From contig OZ296650.1 of the NCBI GenBank assembly GCA_965655095.1, positions 53,072,001-53,136,000 of the forward strand: 64,000 nt of DNA, given 5' to 3'. How positions within the stretch are numbered: position 1 is the stretch's first letter; every line of letters starts with the position of its first letter. A model generated the notes under the pieces. It saw only the letters and a program-made list of their open reading frames with translations. It had not been told where the DNA came from and made no database searches. A program made the position numbers and the translations under genes. Of this stretch, positions 10,129-23,300 are shown one piece after another. The stretch comes from Haplodiscus bocki. Its lineage: Eukaryota.

Positions 10129-12576
10129 CTACAAAGACCAAAATTATATTTCTCCATGGTAGAAGGCGTGTGCACTGGAACATTCAATCAATTCTAACTC
10201 CTCTGATTCAAAAAACATATTACCTGGTTATGAGGCCGTGCTAAGGACTGTTAGGAACGGAGCAATGAAAATTCGGACAAAGAATCACTAACGTAAAATC
10301 TGACGAAGAACCACTATTTAATTGCTAACCATTGAAAACGAAAAATCACTATATTGAAAAAACTCCTAAATTTTTGTCGAATAGGCTTTTTGTGTAAAAT
10401 TAACCTTCTATAAGAGTTCTGCGACAAACCTGTCACGATAATAACAGAATCCGGTTGAGGAAAAAACCTTCAATATTGAAATATGGGTGGAAAGTCTGAA
10501 AAAGATTGGATTCGAAAAGTTTATTTCCCCTCACATTTCTGCGCAAACCATCATTTTGACAACAAAGCCACTTTTATTAGATCTGTTGTCAATTCTCGAG
10601 TTTCTCTAATTTGCATTGGTAGTTCGCCGCAATTCCCATGATCATTTATCGAAACGTTGGAAATCAATACATTTTTGGTGGCTATTGAAGTTTACGTTGA
10701 AGGAGCCCCTGATCAGGAAGTCAACGATGTTTAGATTTGAAACAAGTGTTGAACGCTCAAAATATGTACGCCGAATTTTTTCTTCCAAATTGCCCAGTTT
10801 TGAACCCGCACCTCTCTGGATTAACACTTTGAGTTTTACCCTCTACAGAGCTACCCTCTAGTACATGTTTTGAGGTTACCCTCTAGTACTTGTTTTGAGT
10901 AAGATTTTACCTTGAAATTTTCTGAAAAAATCTACCAACCAGAAAAATCACACCAACAGTCAGCTTTTTAGCCAAGTAAAGCACCGAATCAAAAAGCCCA
11001 AATTACAAGGAAAGCTCGAATATTTTTTGACAGAATGAGTGATAAATCGGATTCTTGGGTTGGCGAGCTCTAAAATTGTGGTATATTCGTAACTCAGAGA
11101 GATTTTCGAAATCCGCGCAAATCTAGAGATTCAGGGATTTTTTCTGACAGCGAACCTTCTAGTCAGCCTTCATCAATAAATCAATTCTTCGCGGGAAAAC
11201 AGTGGTATTTTTTTGGTATTCTTTCCCGAAACTAAGGATCAAGTCAAAAATTTTCTTTTGCTGCACAAGCAGAACAAAAAATTACAGTGTTCGCACAATA
11301 AGCCAAAAAAACTAACGAAGAAAATCGATACAAAAATACGAAGTTGTTGTTAATTTAAAACTTTTCTATTATCCCAAAAACTTGCATTTTGATCGATTCA
11401 TGAAATCTGGTTATTCCAGAGACATCGCCAAGAAGTTCTCAAAAAAATCAAGGGGTTAATATCTGACATAATTTTTTGTGAACAGATGAAGTACTTCGAA
11501 ATTGAAAAAGTGCTATGAAAGAACCAATTAGATAGATTTTCAAAATTTCGTTATATATTCCCAAAAATCAAAAATGTAGGTATTAAGGAGCTTAGAGCTA
11601 GGATGGTCGTAATCGCTCTTTACAGAAAGCAAGAAATGCATAAAAGCAACCACTTTTAAAGGGAAGGCTCAGAGGCACAAAGATCAGTACAATGAGGAGA
11701 AAATCCAAAAGACCAACTTCTAAAACTTTCGTCCCAGAAGAGGTTTAAAATGTTATTGAACGTCACCCGAGCATCTGCGCGACAAACCAATTTTTCAACA
11801 CTAAATTTATTCAAATGTTGCAAGTTTTTTGAGCCAGGAATGAGGGGTAGAACGTCTAAACATCACATTTCTCACAAATAACGAGAATAAATCAAATAAA
11901 ACACCACAGTTGAGTAAGATGTAATGATACCAATCTGAAAAGGTCAGATCTCAGTGCCTTATGCTATCTTCATGGCCAAACGAACTTTCTACAGATCGCT
12001 ACATTTCTGGCCCAATATAGCTTTCTAAACATCCGGGGGCCAAACAACCATCAGCGAGCGATTTCTTCCGCGATCATCGTAAAACATTAATCAAAATTCA
12101 TGTTTACGCGCAGAAAAAAACGATCAAATCAGGAATAGTACGGGAATTATGCTTAAAGCTATCTATTTTCTGACGGCAATTCTAAAGCGCTTTTAACAGC
12201 TGTCGACTCCTTAGGGACAACAAGTAAGCGTTGAGAAGTTAAATCAGGAAAACAATGAAAAAGTTATCAGTTTTCAATGTTTAGTCTGCTCAAAAAGGGC
12301 TGGATAAGTTTCAAATGAGTAAAATAGATATGTAGTAACAGAGTGCTACGACGAGCCTTCTGGCTCAGCTATTTCAGCTCTTCAATTACAACAGCCAAAA
12401 TAATCTATATCAAACGACCTCCTCAAAAACTGATCATTTTTTTAACGTTTCGCCAGGAATGAAAAAGGCGAAACCTTGTTGGGTGTACCCAAATTCGATC
12501 GGTATGAATTTGGACGTCTCAAGGTCGTTGGAGCTCTGAAATAAAACCGTCCGCCAAATTGGAGAGAGGAAGAACT

Positions 12577-15500
12577 CCAAGAATGAATTCCTCGGAAAAT
12601 TCAAAATTTAACGGTTTTTGATGTTTCATCGCACCTAAAGCCTTAAAAAAATCAACAGCAACGGAAATCCCATTAACGACAAAACTGTGTTTTATTCTCA
12701 TGGTAAAATAAAAAATGCGGCAATTGATCACTGAAGCGAAAAATACTATTTTCTCGAGAGACAAATTTCGTCGAAAGTAGAACGTTTTGAAATATTTACG
12801 AAAACCCAACAAAAATCGCTGGCAGAAGATTTGAAGATACGTGCTAAAGATCTTTCACACTGACAAAATGTCAAATTGGCAAACTAGTACAATTTTTCAA
12901 TTTTTTTTTTAGCAGAAAACCTATCGAATAAATTTTGGACAACAATCCAAACAAAGTATAGTATAAAAAGCCTTCTGATAGCTTTCAAGCAAAGATTAAG
13001 TGATATGGAGTCCCATGTACCAAAAAGGGCTTCGTTTATAACAAATTTATCCTCAAAATAGCCAAACTTAGTCGGAGTTCCAAATTCTTTTTCTTCTATA
13101 AAACAATTCGAGCCCGAAACAAGAATGAAAATTTCGAATCTTCCAAAATAGACTATTACGTCTCCGGAGCAATCATTTAAGCGAGAATGTTCATTGAGAA
13201 GAATTATCACATTCTTTGAACCTTTCAAGGGGCTCAACACGAGAGATGTTGAGTTGGTTTATTAAACTTTTTGGGAGTCATCCTATAATATTTCCCCGAT
13301 AGAGCATAGTTCACACTACACCATAGCTACTACAACAAAAGTAACAATCGCCACGTGAGGAAACCTTAGCAAAAAATTTGAGTCATTTCAGAGAAGCGAA
13401 AGAACGGGAAGGTAAATTAAAAGTTAGAATCAGACTTTTGACATGAAAATTCTCTTTTCGAAAAAAATACAAAAAAATCAGAGCAAACAAGAAATATTGA
13501 GCAGATAACAAACGTCCCAGAATGCTATGTAGGGGAATGTTCCACATTAATTCGGGCAGCTTTCTATTACAGACTCTGAGGAAAACCAAAAAGGTGATTA
13601 CTGAAAAAAGTTGTTTTCAAAACCAACACAAGTTCACCGAAAATTATCTTGCATCATTTCCAAAACAATTGAAAACTTAGCATAGCCATATCAGGGAAAA
13701 TCACGACATGAAAAAGTTTTTTGTCTCGGTTTCAGAAGATTTAGTGGGGCATTTTTTCGTACACAAAATCTACAGAGGCAACACGGAACCGTCTGAACAT
13801 ATTTTGAACACTTTCTCCTGTACGTAAAAACTTATAAGTGAGTAGGTTAGACGTGGTAGAACTTTAGTGGCCAATCAAGTCATGCAATCGAGGAAAAAAA
13901 GCAGAGGCACTACAAGGTCGATTTTTCATTGAGAGCACGAAAAAATGGAATAGCGCAGGAGCTATTAATGGTATGTGTCTTGCCGAATAACCACCCTTGG
14001 CAGGCTTGACCTTCGCTATAAGCAGAGGGAGGGATGTCCCTAAAAAACGGTATTCGTCATTTGAATTAAACAGGCATCAGCAAAGGAGCTATTAGAGACT
14101 TTTTTAGTCTTTTTCGAAGTGTTTGGGAGACATCCAAACTTTCAGGGTACAGGCCGGGAACGCAAAAAACATGTTGATGGAATGTTTATATGTACGAAAA
14201 AACTTATGTGATACATCTAATTTTTTGCAAGAACACATACCGGAAAATTCTGAACAAATAGTTTCCTGAGGCAACAAATATTGTTGCAAGTTTTCCACCA
14301 AATTTTCAACTTTTAGCAAAATTTTCGACAAATTTCAAGTCGGAAAAAAACGTGATTTTATCACTTTTTTCGAAAAGCTACTATTTTTCAAAAACAAGGA
14401 CCACCCATGCATATTTTGAGCCTTAAGACCGACACGGGACGTTCCCGGTTTTTGTCAACTCCTCCGATATTTTGATTTGAAATCTTTTATCTTGGTACCT
14501 AAGTTTTCAAATTATTCGATTTATTTTTATATAGCAAAAACCTTCAATCTATCAGACTAAAAATTTGTTGCCAAATGAAAACTCTTCCATGATTTTTTTT
14601 GCGAAAGAAATTTGGAAAGAGGCCCATGGCGGGGCTCCAACGCCGAAGCTACAGATATCATGAAGTTTCTTTGATTTCATTCAATTTTCAGAAAGTCCCA
14701 GAAACGAACAAAAGATCGCTTTCCGAAGAGCAGTAGTTTTTTTTTTCAAAATTCAAACAATTCCTCAAACAAGCAAATTGCTCTTTTTCGAAAAAGATCG
14801 ATATAATCCTAAAATTAGGCTACGGGGAAATTCCAAGTTCCAAATACTGGAAAAAATGTTTGCCCTAATTGAAATAATAGAAACTCCGATCAAGATTCTC
14901 CTGTTTTGCAAGCCATTCAACCCTTTGCACCAAACTGACGAAATTGATTGAAGTTATTTCTTTTCGAATTCGTAACCAAGAATGAATTCCTCGGAAAATT
15001 CAAAATTTAACGGTTTTTGATGTTTCATCGCACCTAAAGCCATCAAAAAAAATTCAACAGCAACGGAAATTCCATTAACGACAAAACTGTGTTCTATTCT
15101 CATGGTGAAATAAAAAATGCGGCAATTGATCACTGAAGCGAAAAATACTATTTTCTCGAGAGACAAACTTCGTCGAAAGTAGAACGTTTTGAAATACTTA
15201 TGAAAACCCAACAAAAATCGCTGGCAGAAGATTTGAAGATACGTGCTAAAGATCTTTCACACTGACAAAATGTCAAATTGTCAAACTAGTACAATTTTTC
15301 AATTTTTTTTAGCAGAAAACCTACCGAATAAATTTTGGACAACAATCCAAACAAAGTATAGTATAAAAAGCCTTCTGATAGCTTTCAAGCAAAGATTAAG
15401 TGATATGGAGTCCCATGTACCAAAAAGGGCTTCGTTTATAACAAATTTATCCTCAAAATAGCCAAACTTAGTCGGAGTTCCAAATTCTTTTTCTTCTATA

Positions 15501-17378
15501 AAACAATTCGAGCCCGAAACAAGAATGAAAATTTCGAATCTTCCGAAATAGACTATTACGTCTCCGGAGCAATCATTTAAGCGAGAATGTTCATTGAGAA
15601 GAATTATCACATTCTTTGAACCTTTCAAGGGGCTCAACACGAGAGATGTTGAGTTGGTTTATTAAACTTTTTGGGAGTCATCCTATAATATTTCCCCGAT
15701 AGAGCATAGTTCACACTACACCATAGCTACTACAACAAAAGTAACAATCGCCACGTGAGGAAACCTTAGCAAAAAATTTGAGTCATTTCAGAGAAGCGAA
15801 AGAACGGGAAGGTAAATTAAAAGTTAGAATCAGACTTTTGACATGAAAATTCTCTTTTCGAAAAAAATACAAAAAAATCAGAGCAAACAAGAAATATTGA
15901 GCAGATAACAAACGTCCCAGAATGCTATGTAGGGGAATGTTCCACATTAATTCGGGCAGCTTTCTATTACAGACTCTGAGGAAAACCAAAAAGGTGATTA
16001 CTGAAAAAAGTTGTTTTCAAAACCAACACAAGTTCACCGAAAATTATCTTGCATCATTTCCAAAACAATTGAAAACTTAGCATAGCCATATCAGGGAAAA
16101 TCACGACATGAAAAAGTTTTTTGTCTCGGTTTCAGAAGATTTAGTGGGGCATTTTTTCGTACACAAAATCTACAGAGGCAACACGGAACCGTCTGAACAT
16201 ATTTTGAACACTTTCTCCTGTACGTAAAAACTTATAAGTGAGTAGGTTAGACGTGGTAGAACTTTAGTGGCCAATCAAGTCATGCAATCGAGGAAAAAAA
16301 GCAGAGGCACTACAAGGTCGATTTTTCATTGAAAGCACGAAAAAATGGAATAGCGCAGGAGCTATTAATGGTATGTGTCTTGCCGAATAACCACCCTTGG
16401 CAGGCTTGACCTTCGCTATAAGCAGAGGGAGGGATGTCCCTAAAAAACGGTATTCGTCATTTGAATTAAACAGGCATCAGCAAAGGAGCTATTAGAGACT
16501 TTTTTAGTCTTTTTCGAAGTGTTTGGGAGACATCCAAACTTTCAGGGTACAGGCCGGGAACGCAAAAAACATGTTGATGGAATGTTTATATGTACGAAAA
16601 AACTTATGTGATACATCTAATTTTTTGCAAGAACACATACCGGAAAATTCTGAACAAATAGTTTCCTGAGGCAACAAATATTGTTGCAAGTTTTCCACCA
16701 AATTTTCAACTTTTAGCAAAATTTTCGACAAATTTCAAGTCGGAAAAAAACGTGATTTTATCACTTTTTTCGAAAAGCTACTATTTTTCAAAAACAAGGA
16801 CCACCCATGCATATTTTGAGCCTTAAGACCGACACGGGACGTTCCCGGTTTTTGTCAACTCCTCCGATATTTTGATTTGAAATCTTTTATCTTGGTACCT
16901 AAGTTTTCAAATTATTCGATTTATTTTTATATAGCAAAAACCTTCAATCTATCAGACTAAAAATTTGTTGCCAAATGAAAACTCTTCCATGATTTTTTTT
17001 GCGAAAGAAATTTGGAAAGAGGCCCATGGCGGGGCTCCAACGCCGAAGCTACAGATATCATGAAGTTTCTTTGATTTCATTCAATTTTCAGAAAGTCCCA
17101 GAAACGAACAAAAGATCGCTTTCCGAAGAGCAGTAGTTTTTTTTTCAAAATTCAAACAATTCCTCAAACAAGCAAATTGCTCTTTTTCGAAAAAGATCGA
17201 TATAATCCTAAAATTAGGCTACGGGGAAATTCCAAGTTCCAAATACTGGAAAAAATGTTTGCCCTAATTGAAATAATAGAAACTCCGATCAAGATTCTCC
17301 TGTTTTGCAAGCCATTCAACCCTTTGCACCAAACTGACGAAATTGATTGAAGTTATTTCTTTTTGAATTCGTAACCAA
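12577..17378. repeat. Tandem duplication, 2 x ~2399 bp
   Basis: Copies start at 12577 and 14976, are near-identical, and join at the microhomology CCAA. Confidence 0.97.
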
Positions 17379-19011
17379 CAGCCGATTTCAAAACAAAAAA
17401 AAAGAGGTTGAAATCCATGAGAAATCGAGATGATAGTTCACTCTTATTTTATCACTTCCTTCATAAACCACGAAGACGTTTTGAGCAAATGTCATATTCT
17501 GGGCGAATTTCACAACTCATATCGATCCCGTTTGGATTAGTAACTTCACAAAACCAAATTGAAAACGAAGGAAGTTAAACTATGCGAAAGAAGAAAATAT
17601 TTGAAAACTTTCTTCAAAACTGCCAAAAGTTCATGTTTCCGCAAAACACACTAGAATTTCCGACTTCACGTCAATCCAGCACGGATTGGTCGCCAGAATT
17701 TTGGCATTTTACTCAAAAATCAAAAAATATAAAATAAGTTACGAAGTTAGCTGAAAAAAAATGAAAATTGCTGTTTTTGGTCTACTTTAGAATGACTTTT
17801 CAACCAGACATTCTCCGAAAAAAGCAAAAAAAAAAGCCAAATAGCTAGTTTTGTAGATTAAAAGCATGAAAATGATCACTTCTTCCCAGCAAAAATCGCT
17901 AAATTTTTCAAGAAAAACAACGCTTACAAAGACTTTCTTCAATTCAAAGCTAAAATATTGACTTGGTAGGCAAAATATCGAGAATTCGGACAAAACTACC
18001 AGTCTCGATGCTCTTCACCTAGTTTTATATTTACATGTCCACACGTACACGCGAACAGTACAGTGCTTAAGCAAGTTAAACAAAACATGAAAGAAAAGGA
18101 CCATGAGCACCGAGACCAGGTAAAGGTAACAAAAAAATTAAAGGCATAACGCGCTTAAGCAAGTCTAATAATTTGTAAGTTAACAATGTTGAAGTTTTAC
18201 AATCGACGCTAAAATGTCTGGAAATAAAACGAGTTGTACTTATAATATGGAAAACCTTCGGCATCGATATTAAAAAATGAACTATTTTTGGAGATTTTGA
18301 ATATTTTGTCGAATAAAAGTCGCATACCCGAGGAAGTAAATCTCAAAATGGCCAATATTCGGCATTAGCATGACAAAGATTCAAATCCTTTACATATTAA
18401 ACTTTGGTTGCGGTCGAAGTCCCTCGATAGGTTTTTTGGAGAATGAAAAATTTGATCTCGAGCTATTTGTACTAGTTTTGACACTTTTTGCCGTACTGGA
18501 ATCCAATATCCAGGAAGCTTAAATCTAAAAATAAACTCCAGCGGGTCTCAGATATCAAAACATACGAACGCTAAAATGAAAATCAGTCCCAAGATGCTCG
18601 GATATAACTTGAACATGAGCGTCAAAAATCCAAAAACAGCCCAACTAAAACGTTTTTTTTTCGCAAAACCTGCCGGAAAAAATTTATGTCGACTCGATTG
18701 TACTATGTGGTCAATTGCAGATTTTCTGGCTAAGTCTACAAAACTTTCCGATGTCTGTGAGAGCTAAGATATATGCCTCGAAAAGATGAATGGTCTTCAA
18801 AAAAGCAAAAAATTCTTTCCCCAAAAAACCTGTGGAAAATATTTCAGACTGCAACAAAGACGAGAGATCTTTTCGTGACGGTTTAGAGTCTTCTAACGTT
18901 TCAATTAAAACCAAGAGAGTCCAATTTTAGGCAGAAACAAAAATTCAACAAACCATGCACTTTTTTATCTTTCATTTTTCGACTGGCTTCTCGACGAAAC
19001 GTCAATCTCAC

Positions 19012-19359
19012 AAAACACAAGAGGAGCACCGAACGCATGTCGCCAATCATATCATACTTCAACTGTGCATGTATTGCACAAATAATCCACGTAACCTGAC
19101 AAAGAGGAAAGGCAAAAGAGACCGATTGCAGTTATGTCAGCTCAGGAAGAGAAAGGTTAATGACATACCTATAATAATCCTTCAGCTTTCGATAGTAAAA
19201 AGGACGCAGATTTTGCTTCGGCAGTACATGAAGACTGCAGTAATTTACCGTTAGAGTTTGGTTACAGTCAGAAACTTTTTGGATTGTTTTTTTTGCAACA
19301 GAGAAACGAACAGTTTTAGGCTATTAGAAGATAATTTATCAAATTTCAATCGTTTGGTC
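19012..19359 (-). pseudogene. UBR3: Two degenerate UBR3 C-terminal-domain exons (19359-19169, 19095-19012)
   Basis: Clear GTATGT...tttgtcag intron. ..KAEGLL*|VTWIICAIHAQL resembles UBR3 CLNQLFHVLALHMRL. The first exon contains stops and a frameshift. Confidence 0.5.
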
Positions 19360-20394
19360 CTGACAGATAATACTTGAACACGGAAGATAAATCGAAGATA
19401 AAAAAGAGGAGACTCCAATGTAGCACATACTACATTTTAGTGGCGGTCAGAATATTTTTTTGCGAGAAACGATTTTTGCAACTACTTTGCCTTAAAACAA
19501 ATCATTGAGCTGTCAAAGGTTCAATCAAAAGTAGTGGCAAGTTTTTTATTTAGTGACAAGGTGTTTCTGCGAGCCCCACCTTGAGCTCTTCTGACTCTTT
19601 TTTTTATAACACAACCATAGTTGCCCAAGGTGGACAGGACTTTCGAAAATTTTCGGAAAGGAGGAAAAGTTTCGCTTAGAGCGGTGCGGGGCTAACTCTC
19701 TGTTTGTTGTTTAAAGAAAAGCAACGGCTGCGGTGCGTCAGCTGTTTCGTCGAGAAATAGAAAGAGTCTCTAGAGCTTTTATCTTCATACTTTCGTTGCC
19801 TTGCTGGCTCCGCGACAAAAGATTCAATAAGTTGAAAAGCGAGGACTTTATGAGCGATGACAGCGAAATAGAAAATGAAACAATGAATTGTTCAGTTCAC
19901 AAAGGAAATTGAATTGCGTTCAACCAACTTGAATTGCAAATGGACGTCTATGGGGACTGTGTAACGATTGCAGTAGGCGAGGAAAATGGGAATTTCCGAG
20001 ATAACAGCAATCGAACCATAGATAAAAATCTAGCGTGGTTGTTAAAAAAATTCCCTTACAAATAATTCTTCCCCGTGTACAAGATATTTAGCCCCTGTAA
20101 ATGTTTCCCGAACTTTACCTCATTCATTTTTCAATTGTTTAATTTAAAAGTAATTAGCAGCTATTACAATCAAAAAGATATTAAAATCAGATTCAAAGAA
20201 AGAAGAAACCGCACGCACCTGCTAAAAAACAATAACTTGGAAATAAATTGAGAAATTGATCGAAATTTAGAGCATCAATTTTCCAAAACATCTAGTATGA
20301 ACACCCACAAAATTACTGAAAATTATTTCATCGATTTGTCCAAAATCATAAAGTGTAAAAAGTTAAAAGAACTCTCAGAAAAAAATCTGAAAGG

Positions 20395-23300
20395 CATTTA
20401 TGAATAATTCAGTTTGCGAAAATGGTTTTTCTTGAGCTTCTGGCTAAGGTGAATAGTGTGAGATTCACTTTTCCTAGCACTGCTTTTCTTTGTAGTTTTT
20501 ATGAAGTTTTAGGTTTTTAATTTGTATATATAAGTTATATGTAAATTGTATCGTTTAGTCTGCACTCAGTAACTGGCAATTAGCCGACGACTGGTTGAAG
20601 ATCTTAGTTTTTCCCAAAATTTCTAACCCGTGCAAAAATGTCCTCATTTATTGGCGGGGTTTGAGATAATTTAGGTTTTATTTACGACCCGGGTAAACAC
20701 TCGCTTCTAACGGCCACTAGGTAAATTTCTCTTGGTCCCTTTTTCACCACCGAGACTATTGTCTAACGGATTTCACGGGAGGGATTCATGAAGAAAGCAT
20801 TAGGATCGACCAGAGAGATGTACTCATTCTGGACTAGGAAACTTTTTGACTAACGGATACTGCTGATGGAGTCGGGTGATTCGCAAGTTGTTCTGGAACT
20901 CTCCTCTTATAAATCTGGCTTGCAATAGAATCGAATGGGGAATTTTAAGTTAGAACAAGAAATCGAATTGTCTGAATGTTTGCAAAAAGGGACGGTTTCT
21001 GCGTATTTACTTCGTATCTAGGACTTTAGAATGAATTCTAAATTACCACGAGAGCAGACGAGGTGAGACTTGGTCAATTATGTAATGCCAATTGAATCTT
21101 TCGAGGAACCTCGTGAGGGTTGTGCACTTTAAGATTCACTCTTGCTTCACAACCAAAGTTCGTCCACGGAATCCGCAAACGCCAATACCGGAGCTAGCGT
21201 CAGTGGACACCGTTTAAACTCCAGTGGCAAGAGTATGGAATAGGTAAGCAAAGATACGAAATTTCTCTAAAGTCAGAAAGAAAATTGGACTGGAAATATT
21301 TTTGTAAAATTGGAGTTGGACTTAGAAGTTTTAGTCCAGGAAGAGCAAAGAGAAGAGGGAATTTCGACGAAATTGTCCGAAGAGAAAAGAGGAATTGGAC
21401 TTGGAATAATTTTGTCCAAGAGAGTAAAAGGGAGAAAGGGAGTTGGTCTTAGAATAATTTGCCTAAGTAAAAAGGAGGAGAGCAAGTCAGAAGAGGAGTA
21501 AAGAGTCCCATCCGTTAAGCAGGAAAAAAATATGATCGAGTTGATTTCGCAGATCGACTCCAAAATGGCAGCATAGTGCCACTTCAAGCAATCAATAGGA
21601 AATCGGTTTGTACCAAGCATGTTAGCAGCTGGAGCCAATAGGGAAACACCTGTTAGAATTTTTCGTAAAATAAATTTGTGCAATCCCAACTGTTTATTTA
21701 TTTCACCAGCTTTTTAATTTGTTTTATCAGCTTCAATATCTCCTCAGAAAAAGTTAGCTCCAATTAATTATGTGTTTTAATTAACGGTTAAGCGTTACGT
21801 GTATCACGATAGTAGGTGCCCAGTTTTGAGAAAAATCCTGCAAGTTTTTGAGGCCGCTTTTTTTCTACGTTATACGTGTATATATACGATTCAAAAACAG
21901 AACACATTCACGAAATGATTGTTATATGATATGGGTTTACAGGCTATGCGAAAATCAAATTATAGTAAATTCACTGGATACGATGTTTTTGTTTAAAATG
22001 GAGTCGAGCTAAGAAAGCTACACACTGTTTATGGTATCTACACTGATTTGAATACTAGCAAAGGCACACTAGCGCCGCAATATTTTTCGTTGATTGTGGG
22101 TCAGAAAAGGCTCAAAATGAAACTACTGGAAACTTGTAGAAAAACATGGGCAGTCTAAGGTACGAGGAGGCTTGCTCTAAGCTCAGAAAGCACATGTTTT
22201 AGAAAAATCTCCGTGGACCAAAAAAAATTTCATGGATTCTGAGCCAAAAAAATTTTGACCGGTGTCTTTTACCATTCAATTTCAACATTTTAGCCATTAG
22301 GGATGTCTAGTTCAACTTGCAACAAGAACTGCAACTGTAACAACATTTGCCGCAGCTAGACTTGGCAAAAGCTTGGAAAAAAAGACTACATACTGAATTG
22401 ATGATTTTCTTTCGCAATATATGTTGGTTGTACCATTTCCCAAAACAGTAACCTTAGTTGGGCCAGTGTGCCATTTCCGGCACGAAATAGTTTTGCAAAT
22501 TTGTTGTGGTATTTTTGGTCTGAAAAAATCAAACTGGAGCTGCAATATTAATTTGTTCGGAGTTGTCATGTTTCCGGCTATTGCAAATTTGTTAGATAGT
22601 GGCGCAGTGCTAAAACATTCGTGTTTTGCCATACGTCTGAAGTTACGAAATTCGATAAATTAACTCACCTTCATTCACTGATTTTTGACCTGATATTTCT
22701 GACCAACTTATTTCACCTGCACTGCGTGCTCGTGATGACTCTGTGCGTCACGAACCCAATAGTATTCTTACGTCACTACAACCTCACGTGCAGCGGCCCG
22801 TCGGAAAAGACAAAAAATGCAAATGGTGGTGCGGCGACAGAGGCTCACCGGAACAAAATGGAAGCTTATTAGTATATCTTTCTAATCAGTTATAGATTGT
22901 GAATTGAGAGATTTGTAATACTGTTTGAGATTTTCCCTCAATGTTTTGCTCTGGTCAATTTCAGGTTGAGAATGAACTTGAAAACCAAACTAACTGAAAT
23001 GATAGGCACAACTATGTTGCTTTTCCTTCTGCACATGGGACAGTTGAAGGGCTGCAGCCAAACATTTATGAATAATTCAGTTTGCGAAAATGGTTTTTCT
23101 TGAGCTTCTGGCTAAGGTGAATAGTGTGAGATTCACTTTTCCTAGCACTGCTTTTCTTTGTAGTTTTTATGAAGTTTTAGGTTTTTAATTTGTATATATA
23201 AGTTATATGTAAATTGTATCGTTTAGTCTGCACTCAGTAACTGGCAATTAGCCGACGACTGGTTGAAGATCTTAGTTTTTCCCAAAATTTCTAACCCGTG

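Noticed and set aside
10835-10900. CRISPR-like short repeats (taccctctagtac..ttttgag; also 40605-40668)
   Set aside because: Head-to-tail minisatellites without unique spacers, eukaryotic context, no cas genes.
11590-11720. Additional UBR3 exon (VGLLDFLLIVLIFVPLSL..)
   Set aside because: Only a weak hydrophobic resemblance and no reliable donor or phase link.
19560-19600. Hammerhead ribozyme (minus strand CAGAAGAGCTC..GGGCTCGCAGAAAC)
   Set aside because: The core reads CAGAAGA, not CUGANGA, and GAAA is displaced from the stem; no convincing stems I/III.
21110-21215. RNase H-like VSTDASSGIG or FLYWCH-like YWR..GCEARV..HN motifs in the array unit
   Set aside because: Short matches in different frames, flanked by stops, with no supporting downstream motifs.
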